Notes under the pieces: model-generated
What the model saw: the letters and a program-made list of their open reading frames with translations, nothing else
Told to the model about the DNA's origin: nothing
Database searches by the model: none
Translations under genes and position numbers: made by a program
Assembly: GCF_036321535.1 (NCBI RefSeq)
Contig: NC_087436.1
Coordinates: 79,858,001 to 79,922,000 of the forward strand
Length of the DNA stretch: 64,000 nucleotides
Source of the DNA: Camelus dromedarius
Taxonomy: Eukaryota
Reading direction: 5' to 3'
In this document: positions 35,179 through 47,435 of the stretch, in pieces
Layout: every line of letters begins with the position of its first letter
Position numbering within the stretch: position 1 is the stretch's first letter

Positions 35179-35639
35179 AGGAAAATGATTGTTACAAGGA
35201 TTTGCAGTTCTTCTGTTCTTCTAGGCATTTCAGACTCTATCCTTAGGTAAAGTCAGCGTGAGAGGTGTGTATACCTGGATCCCTAGCATTGCCTCACCAC
35301 CCCCACGCACCATATCATTAACCTAAATGTGCCTTGGGATGGTTTCATCGATCCGTAGTGAGGGGTGTTATAAGGGATAATCTGAAAAAAGTATTTGCTA
35401 TAAAGCAAATTAAGGACATTATCCATTCTATGAGAACCCATTGGACAAGTGTCTCTCTGAAGCAGTCAAGCTGCTTTGGAGACTCTGGTTGGTATTTATC
35501 TTAAGAACACTGTAGAAAGCATAACTAATGGTATTCTCTTCTTGAAACAGACAAAATGGTGGCCCAATTCTGGCAGAGGTATGCAGTTACATGACATACT
35601 TTTTATATACTAAGTGCATTACTGGTAATGTCTTTCTTT

Positions 35640-35765
35640 CTTACACTTTTAATTTCGCCTCAACTTTCTCAGCTTATGTGAATTTATTTGTGTTACCATA
35701 TGCATCTCCTTAAGCCATCTTAAATCCTTCCTGGAATAAGGTGGGGTATAAATAAACAAATAAGA
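35640..35765 (+). mobile_element. Ancient LINE 3' end (L2d-like)
   Basis: TAAGCCATCTTAAATCCTTCCTGGAATAAGGTGGGGTATAAATAAACAAATAA resembles the terminal stem-loop and tail of old L2-clade elements. Confidence 0.5.
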
Positions 35766-37299
35766 AATGCATAATCTTTGCTTCTCAGCAACACTTTGTG
35801 CATTTCCCTAGAGATACCAAGACAATTGTGAAAGTAAGGCCAGCGAGTTCTCTTCAGTTCTTTAGTCCCAGAGAATCGCTCAGGGCTCGCAGAAACTGCT
35901 CCCTAGATGGAGTCAAGTTGCTTCTTTAGTAATTCCATTCATAAATACACATTGGCTGTCTAGTAGGACACTTGAAATCTTGATAATCAAAAGCTTATTG
36001 TATGTTTGAGGCGCTTGAAAAGGAAATTGAAGCTAATACCAAGGGAGAACAGAATAAAGTTAACTGTTTTCCTTCGAAACCAGCAGGAGGGCATCTAAAG
36101 TATAATGTAATGCACAACTTTTAACTTTATGAACTTTTTTGCTTCTTTTCTCTGTTTGGGTTGCATTTACAGTAGTAAGGTTACTCTGTCATACATAATT
36201 AACTTGTCATCTATCGAAGAAGCAAAAAATTACATATATCCAGGGGTTGTACTGATGCTTTTTGATAGAAAAACAGGCTTGCTTGGAATTGTAAGTTTCT
36301 TATTTGAAAAGATACCAGAAGTTAAAAAAAATTAAGAACTTGATATAATTATATCCATGGCAGTGATTTATCCCCCTCAACCCTCTGCACACTCAGTATA
36401 CAATTTTGAAATAGAAACAAAATCACTGCAGTGAAAAATAGACTTTTAGAAAAGAGAGAATGGAAAACACACGTCCCTAGCCCATAGTAACAGTGGCGTC
36501 GGTCTGGCAAGAATCATGAAGAATTTGGTTAGCCCGCCTGGCTGCCTTTCCTCCTGGCCCCTGTGAAGCTCTCCTTTGACCTTTGTCCTCCTTGATCCCT
36601 GGTTCTGCACTGGGACTTTCTTCTCTTCCATTTTTCCCCCGTGACTGCATCTGAGGTGGACACTGGAGCCATGCCCTTTTTGGGGGGGTGGGGGCAAGTT
36701 TCACAGTTTTTATATCCTGCTTCCTGCTGGCACAGGTTTCAGAGCCCAGGGATTATTTTAGGGGCTGGAGAGACCTTTGCAGACCAAGTTTGTGGTTTCT
36801 TTGGTCATATAATCCCCTTGGAAATTTAGTAAACTTCTGATCTGTTTGTGCCCAATCTGTTCCATGTGTGGGTAAATCCTAGCCAAAGATCCGGTCTTGA
36901 TAGAATTTTTAAGTATAAAAACCCTTGTCATTTACTTTCCTCTGTGATTAATCCTTCCTCTTTCACCTAAAGAGTGGCTACCTTGCAGCATCTGAAGACA
37001 AGCTCCCTGAATTGACATGTGGCTGTGAGTTGGCTTCCTGTGTCGGGCAGAGAACAAAGACTAGAAGGTGTTTTAAAACCAAACTGGGGCAGAGTCCTAC
37101 CTGTGTTTAGGCAGCCCTTGCTTCTTACCAATCCATTTAGAATACAAATCTAGTTAGGTTTTCATCTTTGCAAAACTCCAAATGACTGGGCACTTGGTTA
37201 TTTGCAGACCACAAGCCAAGAATGTTACTTTCTACTTCTATTCACAAGTGAGCTAGTTCTGGTCTTAGTTTATCTTTCTTCTTTGGGGCTTTTAGCAAA

Positions 37300-37499
37300 G
37301 TGGCATGAAGTAGCCAACACATACCAACATTCTGAATTCTCCCTGCCGCCACAATACACACATAGTTCGCTCCTGGAAATGATTTAACCAAATCTTTTGC
37401 AACATTTCATTAAACTGTCTACTACCCTACCAAATCCACTAAGCTAATGACTCATTTTGAGTGTATTTACTTGCAATACCCTATTTCTAGGTACCAATT
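37300..37499 (-). mobile_element. MaLR internal sequence (5' leader) adjoining the LTR
   Basis: Minus strand ATTGGTACCTAGAAATAGGGTATTGC directly follows the LTR end, like the MaLR-int start ATTGGTACCAGGAGTGGGGTGCTGC. Left boundary uncertain. Confidence 0.65.
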
Positions 37500-37966
37500 G
37501 TGAATCAGTTAGGATTAGGTCTAGTTGAGAGTGACAGCAATCCCCAGATAACTATATCGTAAATAATATGCTGTGGTTTTCTCATATGTCAACAATACCT
37601 GAGAGTAAGTGGTCCAGGCTACCCTGATGGCTCTGTCCCTAAGTGCTTAGAGGCCCAGGTCCTTTGCAACCAAGTACTATGTTTTCCCCAGGATTCTATC
37701 CTTTCCTCATGGTCTAAAACAGACTACCTGGCATCAAATTCACAATCCAAGTAGCTGCCACTTCCAAAAGTCCCATGGGGGCAGGGAGGAAATGAGGAAA
37801 AGACAGACACCATCTCCGAAGTTGCACAGACCACTCAAATGTCTACACTCGAGAAAATGTAGTCTTTATGTTGGGTAGCCAGGTCCTTGGCTAAAAGTCA
37901 GAGGTTCTATTATTATAGAAAAAGATGAAACCAGGTTTGGGGAGACAGTAAGAATAATTGCTCACA
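37500..37966 (-). mobile_element. MLT1J-like MaLR LTR
   Basis: TGTGAATCAGTTAGGATTAGGT..AGTGACAG..GGTCCAGGCT..GAGGCCCAGG..GAAAATGTAGTCTTTA..GAGGTTCTATTATTA..TGCTCACA. Confidence 0.8.
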
Positions 37967-38899
37967 ATTGAATAGAGTGGAGGCTCATGGGGATCAAACA
38001 CTGAGAGGGCCCCAGACTTGAAGGTAGCGTTCTGAACAGTGCCCTCCTCCCTGTGGGGGGAGCCTGATGGAGGGGCCAGTTGTAGGGGTCGTCAAGCACT
38101 TAAACCCGAGATTCAAGAATTAGTAAAAGAGTGTCTGGCTGGATGTGCCATACAGTGGGGACCGATCTCAGAGACTTAATGGAAAACCTGATGAGATTCG
38201 TCAAACTGTTTATCTAATTTGGATGACTCCTGTGGGAATGAAAGATGCTGTTTGAAAACACCTATTAAGAAGCTCTGAACAGCCTGGGAAGCAGTAATGT
38301 CTCTTTCAGTGGGAAGTTGACTTTGGAAGAGGTTGGAAGATTTGGGAATGCTAGAATAGAGTGGTGGATTGTTTTCTCTGAAAATAAAACAATAGGTTGG
38401 AGGGGGGAAAAATGTGCTGACTTGGTCAAGAGGTTAAACTGAACTTGAGAATAAAGATCAGACAAAACTGAAATTCCAGACAGAAGACAACAGAAATGAC
38501 AGAAAGGAGGACAGCTGTGAGAAGAGTGTAGAAGAAAACGTTAAGGAACGAGTTTGATGAGACCCCTCATATTCTCAGATTTGTACACCTACTGTGTGGA
38601 TGAGTATGTTTTATACAAATACTCAGTGCCAACCTGATATTTTGATTAAAATTGTATATGCAATCTTACAGATATTTTCATGGCTTGGATGTTTTGGAAT
38701 AAGGACATATCATGTTATTGGAAAGACTGATTTTTTTTTTTTTTAAATAAAGAAACTGATCTGGTAGAGGTGACAGGGGAATAACTGTATGTGACAATAA
38801 GGATGAGATGAAATCCACAAACCTGACAGCAGAAGCTCCATGTAAATCTCTTGAAGGAGCAGAAGGAGGCTGAAGAAGTGAGAGGTAGGGCAAATGGCC

Positions 38900-39065
38900 C
38901 CCCAACTTGACTAGACTTCGGAGAACTTATAAAAACACTGATTTCAGGGCCTCACTCACTTGCCGGATTACAACGCAGTACCTTGAACTCAGGAATCTGT
39001 ATTCACATCCTAAACAACCACCCTCAGACTGTTCGTTCTGGAGCTGGTATTTAGGAACTACTGCT
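38900..39065. mobile_element. MER5-type hAT-Charlie MITE
   Basis: GGAGAACTTATAAAAACACTGATTTCAGGGCCTCAC..CAGGAATCTGTATT..TTTAGGAACTACTG. Confidence 0.7.
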
Positions 39066-39439
39066 CAAACATTCTGTGAGAGGGATGGTAAGAATGACAC
39101 TTTCTGAAAGTAGATCCCAAAAAAACTGACACAGAGAAAAAGCCTAGCCGTGCTGGGAGCAGTTACCCACCTGCCATCACTGCATGTTTCATTGTGATGA
39201 AGCAGAGCACCTCATACTTTCCGGACTTCCCCTGAGACTTGGTGGGAACACCGCCTCCTTGAATGTTGAGGAAGAGATGAGGAAAATGTGCACCTGGGCT
39301 TGCTTTTAAAGAGCAAGCAGAACTGAATGGCAACGGGGAAGACCTGGGAACCTTTCAGTCTGTGCCCTTGAGACACTCACAGACCCAGCAGTGGCACAGA
39401 GCTCCCACTCTCCAGCCCTGAGCAACACGAGGAGGGATG

Positions 39440-39735
39440 AGTTATGGAAGAAGAGAGTCCTGTAGTGCGAACAACCTTACTGAGAGCAAAGTCCTGCCAG
39501 CCAGGACATTGCCGGCCCCTGAGACCTCATAGGAAGGTGCCGTAAACATAAATACCTGGTCCTCACCTGCCTGCCTCCTTCCAGTCTCCTCTCTGGGCTC
39601 CAATAATTGGCTGAATCTATAGGAAGTCAGAAGGCTCAGAGTTTGGGGATGGGTCCCAACAAGTTCAGCCTCCAGGAAGGAGAGTAGGGTGAGGGTGGAC
39701 CCGGAGGGGCACAGGAAGATTGCAGGGGCACTGAA
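39440..39735 (-). mobile_element. ERVL LTR relic (LTR33-like)
   Basis: ATAAATACCTGGTCCTCAC..CCTCCTTCCAGTCTCCT..ATTGGCTGAATCTATAGGAAGTCAGAAGGC..TCAGCCTCCAGG. Confidence 0.6.
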
Positions 39736-41699
39736 TGAGCAGGAACTAGCTCAGGCCCAGCACTGTGAATTCACGTGGCCATTCTTCATATCACAGTCAA
39801 AATGGCCCCCTACTGTCCAACCTACCCCCAAAAACCTCTTACAGAAGCTTCACTGACATTTACAAAGATGGAGCCGGTCTGCCTAAAGAAAAGAAGAAAA
39901 CACTATAAAAAGGAAGTGAAGTTGCTGAGACAGGAAACATTGGCATACCTGTTACTGAAAACACATTCATTCAAGATGAATCACTCACTCATTCTTTCCT
40001 TCGGTGATTTCTTAGCCAGCTGGCTATTTTGGCTAACAGATCACACTAGATATACTCTGGGATAAGGTAGATCTTCCTCTCAGAGAATAAATGATGGTTG
40101 GGGTGGACGGAGGGCAGAGGAGTCTTCATTAGGCTCATTTATTCATCTGAGGTTCAACCTTTCTTTTGACATTTAAGCATTAATCTCAAGCAGAATAGGA
40201 TAGAGCAGAAAGGGTTTGTTTTAGTTGTATTTGCTGGTGTCTCCTTAAAGCTATGTGTGCAGCTGTCAGGTTGAGATGAAACTGGTTTGGTAAAAGGGGG
40301 TGGGTCAGTTCTAGTTCTGGAAAGAACAGAAGTGTACTGGCAGATTGAGAATTAATAAGATCTAAAAACTGGGCATAAGGGGTTTCATGGAGATCACCCA
40401 AAGCTAAGGACTATAAGAGGTTTAGAGGAGCTGTATAATCTATCTCTCTGGTTTTTGGCAGAAGTCATTGTGACTTTACTGGCCTTGAACTAAGGATTCA
40501 CAATTTCCAGATGGTGTGGCCAGCAGAATTAAATGGTGACATGGGACAAGTATCAGAGACCTTTAAATGACATTTCTTTGAGGTTATCCTTTAGCAAGGA
40601 TTAGCAAATCCTGTCTTCTCAAATTCACCAGTACTCTTTTTATTTGTACTTATCACAGTGCAAGATACATAGTAAGAAATCAATAGGCTCTTTTTTTTTG
40701 TTTGATTAAAATTGGCCAATGTGTTAATATTTATTCAACAAATATATATTAATTCCTGCAAATATATATTAATTCTTGAGCCCAGCCAGACACTAGAGAT
40801 AAAGTATGAAAAAAATAAATGTGGTCTCTTTTCTCAAGCTTATCTAATAGGGGAGACTGGCGATAATCAAAGAGGCATGCAAATAAGTATACAATGACAA
40901 ACTGTGATGTAAGCCATGAAATGAAAGAACTGGAGACTATTTTAACAGGAGGATGTAATTTGGTGTAGGGGTCAAGAATATCATCTCCAAGGAAGTGATG
41001 TTTGAGCTGAGATGTGAAGGTAAGTAGGAATCAACTCCTTGAGGGAGGGAGTGTTTCAAAACCTTCCTGCCCCACTCAAAAAATCAGGAAAGATAAAGGT
41101 CCTGAGGTATGAAGAAGCAAGGTGCTTTCTCAGAGCTGAGGAGCTCAAGAAGCAAGGAGGAGTGAGGGATGAGGCCCGAGAGCTGGACTGTGGCCAGGTC
41201 GTGCAGAACCTTGTGGGTCATACTATTTATTTTAAGAGTAGTTGAAGGTCATGACCAGAAGAGGATCATGATCTAAGCTGTTTTTAAAAACAGCACTTTG
41301 CGAACAGAGTAGAGAATGGCACAAGAGCATGCTGTCCAGGAAAGAGATGATGTTAGTTTGGACTAGAGTGGCAGTGGCTAAAAATAGAAGGAAGTAAAGG
41401 GATTTGAAGAATATTTAGTAATCTACATTAATAGAAATGGGTATTTCTATTGTATCTGATGTGTGTGTATTTGCTTGTGTGTAGGATAATAGAGAGAACT
41501 GTCAAAGATAACAGCCCTGGTTCTCTGCTTTCGTAGCTGGATGAATAGCAGTGTGATTTCTTGAGACAGCACTGGTGGAGGACTATATTTAGAGGAAATG
41601 TCATGAGTTAAGTTTTTGGTATTTTGATTCTAGATGCTTGGAAACATCCAAATGGAGATGCTGAGAAGGCAGTTGGGAGCTCAGTGGAAAACACTGGTT

Positions 41700-42153
41700 A
41701 CTTGTGGAAGAATTGTAAGTTGGCTTACCCAATATCCAGCACTTTTCTCTTTTGCCAACCTCTACTATTCCAGCTGGATAAGCAATGCTGTTTCCTTGTC
41801 TCTTTTGCATATCCAGATGGTCATTTCACAAAGATCTAGTCAATGTGACATAAGCTTGTGTTAATGCACTGTCAGGAAAGCTTTTTTCCCAGATACAGGT
41901 GCTATCTCATCTCTACCTTATTCTGTCTCTTTGAATATGGATATGATGCTGGAGCTTCAGCAGCCATATTGCTGCCATAAGAGAAAAGGCAAGAGAATCA
42001 TAAAGACTTCAGCTATAATGTTATTGAATAGCTGAAACATGCCCACAAAAGCTACCTCCAGACTTTATAAAACAAACAAAAAACCAAAACTATATTTATT
42101 TCAGTTCTTCTTTTTCTTATTAACTGCAACAAAGTTCATTTCTACCTGACATA
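41700..42153 (+). mobile_element. MLT1J/K-like MaLR solo LTR nested in L2
   Basis: TTGGCTTACCCAATATCCA..ATGGATATGATGCTGGAGCTTCAGCAGCCATATTG..CTACCTCCAGACTTT..ACTGCAACAAAG. Confidence 0.8.
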
Positions 42154-42645
42154 GGTAGATTATAAAATGGACAATCATCAGTATATGGATAATAATTGGA
42201 GCCAAGGGGCAGAAACCTCAGCAAAGATCTGAGGAACTCCAACCATTTAAAAGTCTGGGTAAAGAATAATAAGCATAAACAGGAGACTGAGAAAGAGTAC
42301 CTAAAAAGGTGGGAAGAAAACCAGGAGAGTGTGTAAAACAAACACACTGATGGAAGAGGGTGTTACAAAAAGGAATGAATGGTCAGTGGTATCAGATGCT
42401 GCTCTTAGCTGAATCCTAAAATATCTACTGTATTTAGTGACATGAAGGGCACTGGTGACTGTGGTAAGTACCATCACAGTGGAGCTGATGATGTGGGCTA
42501 ATAGAAAGGATCAGCCATGAAATAGAAGTACATTCAAACAACTCTTTTGAGAGGTTGGGTAGGAAAACAAGAACAGAGTATGGCAGGATGAAGTTGAATG
42601 GAGTTCAGTTTTATTTTTCAAGTGGGAGAGACTAGAGGCTGCTTA

Positions 42646-42733
42646 ATTTAATTTTTTTTATTGAGCTACAGTCAGTTTACAATGTTGTGTCAACTTCTGG
42701 TGTATAGCACAATTTTTCAGTCATACATGAATA
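42646..42733 (-). mobile_element. Short L1 3' end (cetartiodactyl/camelid-type)
   Basis: TTTTTTTATTGAGCTACAGTCAGTTTACAATGTTGTGTCAACTTCTGGTGTATAGCACAATTTTTCAGTCATACAT. Confidence 0.85.
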
Positions 42734-43231
42734 TTAAATGTGTGGGTGTAACATCATCCAGAGCAGATAATGAAATAGAAAGAGAAAATGCTTACTGATA
42801 GTATGTATTCCCAAGATGGTGAGGGCAATTGAGGATCATAGCACAGGTAGAGGGATTGGTCTTAAAATGTCAAAAATATAGACTCATAGAGTCAGATGAA
42901 ATCTGACCAGTGAGATACTGTAAACATAGCCAAGCTCTTAGGAGGTGGTTACTGTTGCTTTCTGGATGAACTATTGTATAATTTACAATATTGAAAAGGG
43001 GACCTCCTTAGAGATGTGGAGAGCTCCCATGGTGATTCTGAGATACTGCAGGAAAAAAAACAGCAAACCTGCTCTGGAGCTGCAGATTCTCATTATGTGG
43101 TGAATACATCATACCATAGGGTCTAGCTCTTAATCTTACCTTGGTAGATATACCATGGTCTAGAATATAGTACCAAATTTATGTGGGCACATAACAGTCT
43201 AGAATCTAATCCTCAGGTTTAACTTGGCAAG

Positions 43232-43648
43232 TGCAATTGTCAGTTTTATATGTCAACTTGCCCAGGCTGCAGTCACCTGTTATTCAATCAAACAATAATC
43301 TCAGTGTTGCTATGAAGATATTTTATAGATGTGATTAAAGTCCATAATCAGCTGACTTTAAGTAAAAGACATTATCCTAGATAATCTAGGTGGATTTGAT
43401 CTATTCAGTTAGAAGACCATAAAAGCAGAATTGAGGTTTCCCTGGGTGAAGAAGAAATCTGTCTGTGGGCAGCAGCTTCAGCTCATGCCTGAAATTTCCA
43501 GACCGCCCTTCCTGACAGTTTGTCCTATGGCTATAAGACTTGCCTAGCCAGCTCCACAGTTGTACAAGCCTGTTCCTTGTAACAAGTTTCTTAATCCAAA
43601 TCTCCTTCTTCTTGGTTCTGTTCTTTTGGTTGAACCCTGACTGATACA
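43232..43648 (+). mobile_element. MLT2 (MLT2D-like) ERVL solo LTR, full length
   Basis: TG..TTTTATATGTCAACTTG..TTATTCAATCAAAC..TATCCTAGATAATCTAGGTGG..TTGGTTCTGTT..GAACCCTGACTGATACA. Confidence 0.9.
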
Positions 43649-44439
43649 TTGGGCATATCACAGTGTACGATCGAGCGTTCAGTATTACAGAAAGCTGATT
43701 AGTCAAAAAACACCAAGGATGGGCTTGACTGTCAAAGGCGGAAAGCTGAAATGGTTAACTAAAACATCAGAAATTAGGTTATAAACACCAGAAATACTCC
43801 AAGGCTACATGACTGGCACATTCTCCTCCCATAGCCATAACCACATTGCCAGATCTATGGAGTCAGACACAGAAGTAAGAATAGTTGAATACCGAACTGC
43901 ATTGAGCTATGAGAGCCTTGTCCATCCTGCCATAACAGGAGAGCTTGCCAGGACAGCTAGGAATGCTTTGCTAATGCTCTTTCCCCCTGGGAGTGTTAAG
44001 ACAGCCATTAGCCATATTTGCCTCCCTGACTTGCCATTTTCTAAACTTACCTGGCTGAACAATCTACCTTTACAGATATGCTCTTTGCATATATTGGTGC
44101 TGATATGTTCAATCTAGTTGCCTCACCGGCCTGGGCATCTTTCTACCTCCTTCCAACGGGCCTGGCACATCTCCTCTCTGATTTCACTCTGTGTTGATGT
44201 TACAAACTGGCTCCCAAGGGCAATGCTTTTCCTCTATTTAATGAAAGGTCACCAAAAGCTTTTGTGAAATTAGTAATGCCATCCTGGACAGAGGGTCGAA
44301 GCAGTTGGGGAAGTATACTTTCATCGTCCAGAGTGTGGCGGAAAAGACTTGTGGCTCTCAGACTGGCCTAGAGTTAATCTGGAAACTATCAGTTAGACTC
44401 CAACATGTAACCCATATGCCTTCTCCATGTAACTTCTCC

Positions 44440-44685
44440 TTCAGAACCTGTGTTTGCAACATGCCAATCTCTTGGATAAAGGCTTTGCATACATTAATTT
44501 CTATAATCTTTATGAGAAATTTATAAGTGCCTTGAGAGGGCGATACTATTATCCTTATACTATGGATGGGAAATCGAGAACCTGAACTTAAGCAATTGTC
44601 CAATATCACACAACTAGTAAGACATGGAGCTGGAGTTTTGGCCCAGGCCTGCATGACCCCAAACCTGGTGCCCTCCATCACAATT
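44440..44685 (-). mobile_element. MIR SINE
   Basis: GGCTTTGCATACATTAATTTC..CAATTGTCCAATATCACACAACTAGTAAG..GGAGCTGGAGTTTTGGCCCAGGCCTG. Confidence 0.8.
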
Positions 44686-45069
44686 CTGTATCATATCTTT
44701 TCTTTTAACCACAAGATACATCTACTATGAGGCAACGTGGGATCAGAAAATTGTTTTTAACCCCAAGGTAGATTTCTTCCCAGAGTCCTTTCAAATCTGA
44801 CATGCTTGTGTTAAGCAATGTTTTCATTTCCCGTCTCTTATTTTTTTCACTACATGATTATATGTTGTTAAAGCTATTTTTTTTAATTTGTTATTTGGTC
44901 CTTTCTAATTTCTCATCCACCTCTTCTTTCCCCATATTTCTTATTCGCTATCATACAAATTCAAAAGAAAGTATATGATGCTTTGAGTTTCAAATCATTC
45001 ATCAGGATGACAAATGTTTTAATTTAGAAAAAAATTACAGGTTTGTCACTTTGTTTAGCTGATACTTTA

Positions 45070-45240
45070 CTCTCAGAAATCACCTTACAGTTATAAAGCA
45101 TGTTAATTCTATTCAAGGAACTTCTATATGCATTATTTTGTATGGTCTTTACTGTATCTCTAAGAACTCAGTAAGCTAGATCTTGTTATTTTTGTCTTGC
45201 GAACCAAGAAACTGAACCATGAAATTTAAATGGTGTCTAC
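45070..45240 (-). mobile_element. MIR fragment (degenerate)
   Basis: TATATGCATTATTTT..CCAAGAAACTGAACC. Confidence 0.45.
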
Positions 45241-46439
45241 CTCTGCAAAGTGTATTAGATGCATATACGTTTACCTAGTAGTGCCTACTAGGGCTGATTC
45301 ACCGAATTCACAGCATTGAACCCACGGAAACTTAATGGGGAAATCAAGTCATCAGTACAACCACACAACAGCAAGAACAAGTAAATAAACTTAGTGTGAA
45401 TAGTCTGTGGAAGGAAAATGTTCGCTCTCCATTTAGACCGATGTGATGCTGGTTAAAACAGTTTTTACTGGTCCCAAATTGCCACAATTAAGTTGCGCCA
45501 TTTGGCCTTTGCTTTTGGACTTTTCTGCATATTTTGTGAGGGTAGGTGTAGAGGGGGAATTCAACTTAGGATCCATATGTTTTTCAAAAAGAAGCTAGAT
45601 AATATCAGCAGGTAAAGGCATACTCTGAAGTTCCCCATACGTTTCATTTTATTGTTCATTTTTCCTCCCTTTCCCTTCCTGCCTAATGGACCCCCATCAC
45701 ACAGCACACCCCCACAGACCCCCTCACACACACACATCCGCATTCTCCATAAATAACTCAGCTGTGATACAGGCACTAAAGGATATTAGAATAGCTCATT
45801 GACTTTCTTGGATACGCTCTCCTCTCCTCGCCATCGAGTTTTCTCTGCTAATGAAAAGAAAAGACATTTATTTTTCCTCAGCCGCACCAATGAAAGGCTT
45901 TTACTTTAAAACATCACTAAGGACACCAAGGGTCTAGGAGAATTATGTACAGTTAGCCACTACAATTTTCAGTTAAAATAGCATTTTCTACGCATTTTCT
46001 GACTACAGTGCAATTCTTACATGGAAACTTTCAAGCCTGTGCTGGGCTTCTTGGCCTTTTTAGGCTTGGATGTGAGTGCATCTCTGCGTGGGGGTGTCTT
46101 TGTGTGCTCGTGCACACCTGCGTTCGTAATGTGTGCGGATGGCATTATTGGGGCCACACAGCCACTTAATTTATGGTGACCCTCTATCTTGAGCTACTTC
46201 GATAGCAAATTCTCAGGTTTTCTGATTCTGGAAATTAACAAAAGCAGAGGGAGAAGCAGCAGCCAAAAAAGATGGGGCAAGAAAGAGGAGAAAAGAGGAA
46301 AGGAAAGTCACACCGCTTCAATCTGATCCGGATATCCAACCTTTAAAAAACACAAAACAGCTCCAACCCCAAACCCAACAACCAAGAAAAACTCCAAGAA
46401 AACAATAGATATTTTAAGCTGAAAGTGTTCCAGAGCCCT

Positions 46440-46800
46440 CTGACAAAGAGCCTCCCGAGGATTACAATGCAGTCAATGTTGCTTTAATTAAATTTAATGC
46501 TGTGTGAAATGCACTCCAAGAAACTTTGATGAATGACTGGGGCAATTCACGGAGCTCACTAAAGGGCATCCAGCCCTTGCCGGGGTGTCAAGCCGCGATG
46601 AATTGGTTAGTACAGGCATGTTTATAGACTGCCTCGGGAACCTTGTATCTGTGTGGTAATGTCAGAGATAATGTTATGATTCGCTGGACCTGAGGGGGCT
46701 TTGATGACACGGTTAATGAGATGTCCCAGAGAGCATCCCAGCAGGTTGTGCTCAGACCTCCCACATCAAACGAGGCAGCCTTGCCCCTCCAGCGCCTCTG
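46440..46800. promoter_or_regulatory. Candidate conserved non-coding element / developmental enhancer
   Basis: No recognisable repeat; 10 CpGs in 360 bp; two CTTTGATG (TCF/LEF) at 46524 and 46699; TAATTAAATTTAAT (homeodomain) at 46485; ACAATG (SOX) at 46464. Conservation not verified. Confidence 0.45.
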
Positions 46801-47305
46801 CCCTCCAAATCCCTCAGCTGGTCTTTTCTTTCCTTAAGGTCTTTTCCCCTCTTTTCTTTTTCTCGCTTCTTAGTCAACATTCACTTTGTCTGGCTGTTGA
46901 AATTCAAAAGTTGTTAGTTTTTAATTTGGCTTCTTGTTGACCTGACAGTGAACAAAAGATTTTCTGGGATTGTGTGGAAACTGGGAGGGAAAGAAAAAAA
47001 AAAAAAAGATGCCGAGAAAGGGTAAAGAAAAAAGAAAAAGGACTGCTGGCTGAGAGAGGTAACACACAAAAACCACCCCACTGAAAAAAAAAAAAACAAA
47101 AAGTTTTCTTCCTGTGGACTTTGGTGGTCAAAGTTTGTCATATGGTCAGAGGCTGTGTTGGGGGAACTGAAGTAACGTTTGCTTTACTCAAATCTAAAAA
47201 AAGAAAAATTCAGAGAATCAGTTTGATAAAAATTGAAAATGTGTTAGCCAAAGCAAGCACATAAGCAAGCAATTGATGTAGGGCTACAAGGGGGCACAGT
47301 TGTAT

Positions 47306-47435
47306 CTTTTTTTTTAATTAATAGACTTTATTTTTTTAGAGCAGTTTCAGGTTCACAGCAGAACTGAGCAGAAAACAGAGAGTTCGCACATAGCCCTCCC
47401 CACCCACACGTACACACTGCTCTACGCTCAGCAAT
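47306..47435 (-). mobile_element. L1MC/MD-type 3' end
   Basis: TAGACTTTATTTTTTTAGAGCAGTTTCAGGTTCACAGCAGAACTGAGCAGAAA. Confidence 0.85.

Larger units (their letters stand above)
40715..42870 (-). mobile_element. Long L2 LINE interrupted by an MLT1 LTR and a short L1
   Basis: TTTATTCAACAAATAT tail; AGGAAGTGATGTTTGAGCTGAGATGTGAAGG; GGCCAGGTCGTGCAGAACCTTG; GGAAACATCCAAATGGAGATG; GGAAGAAAACCAGGAGAGTGTG; CAACTCTTTTGAGAGGTT. Confidence 0.85.

Noticed and set aside
47281..47299. CTCF-like site CTACAAGGGGGCAC
   Set aside because: Mismatch at a strongly conserved C of the core; cannot be supported without PWM scoring or ChIP data.
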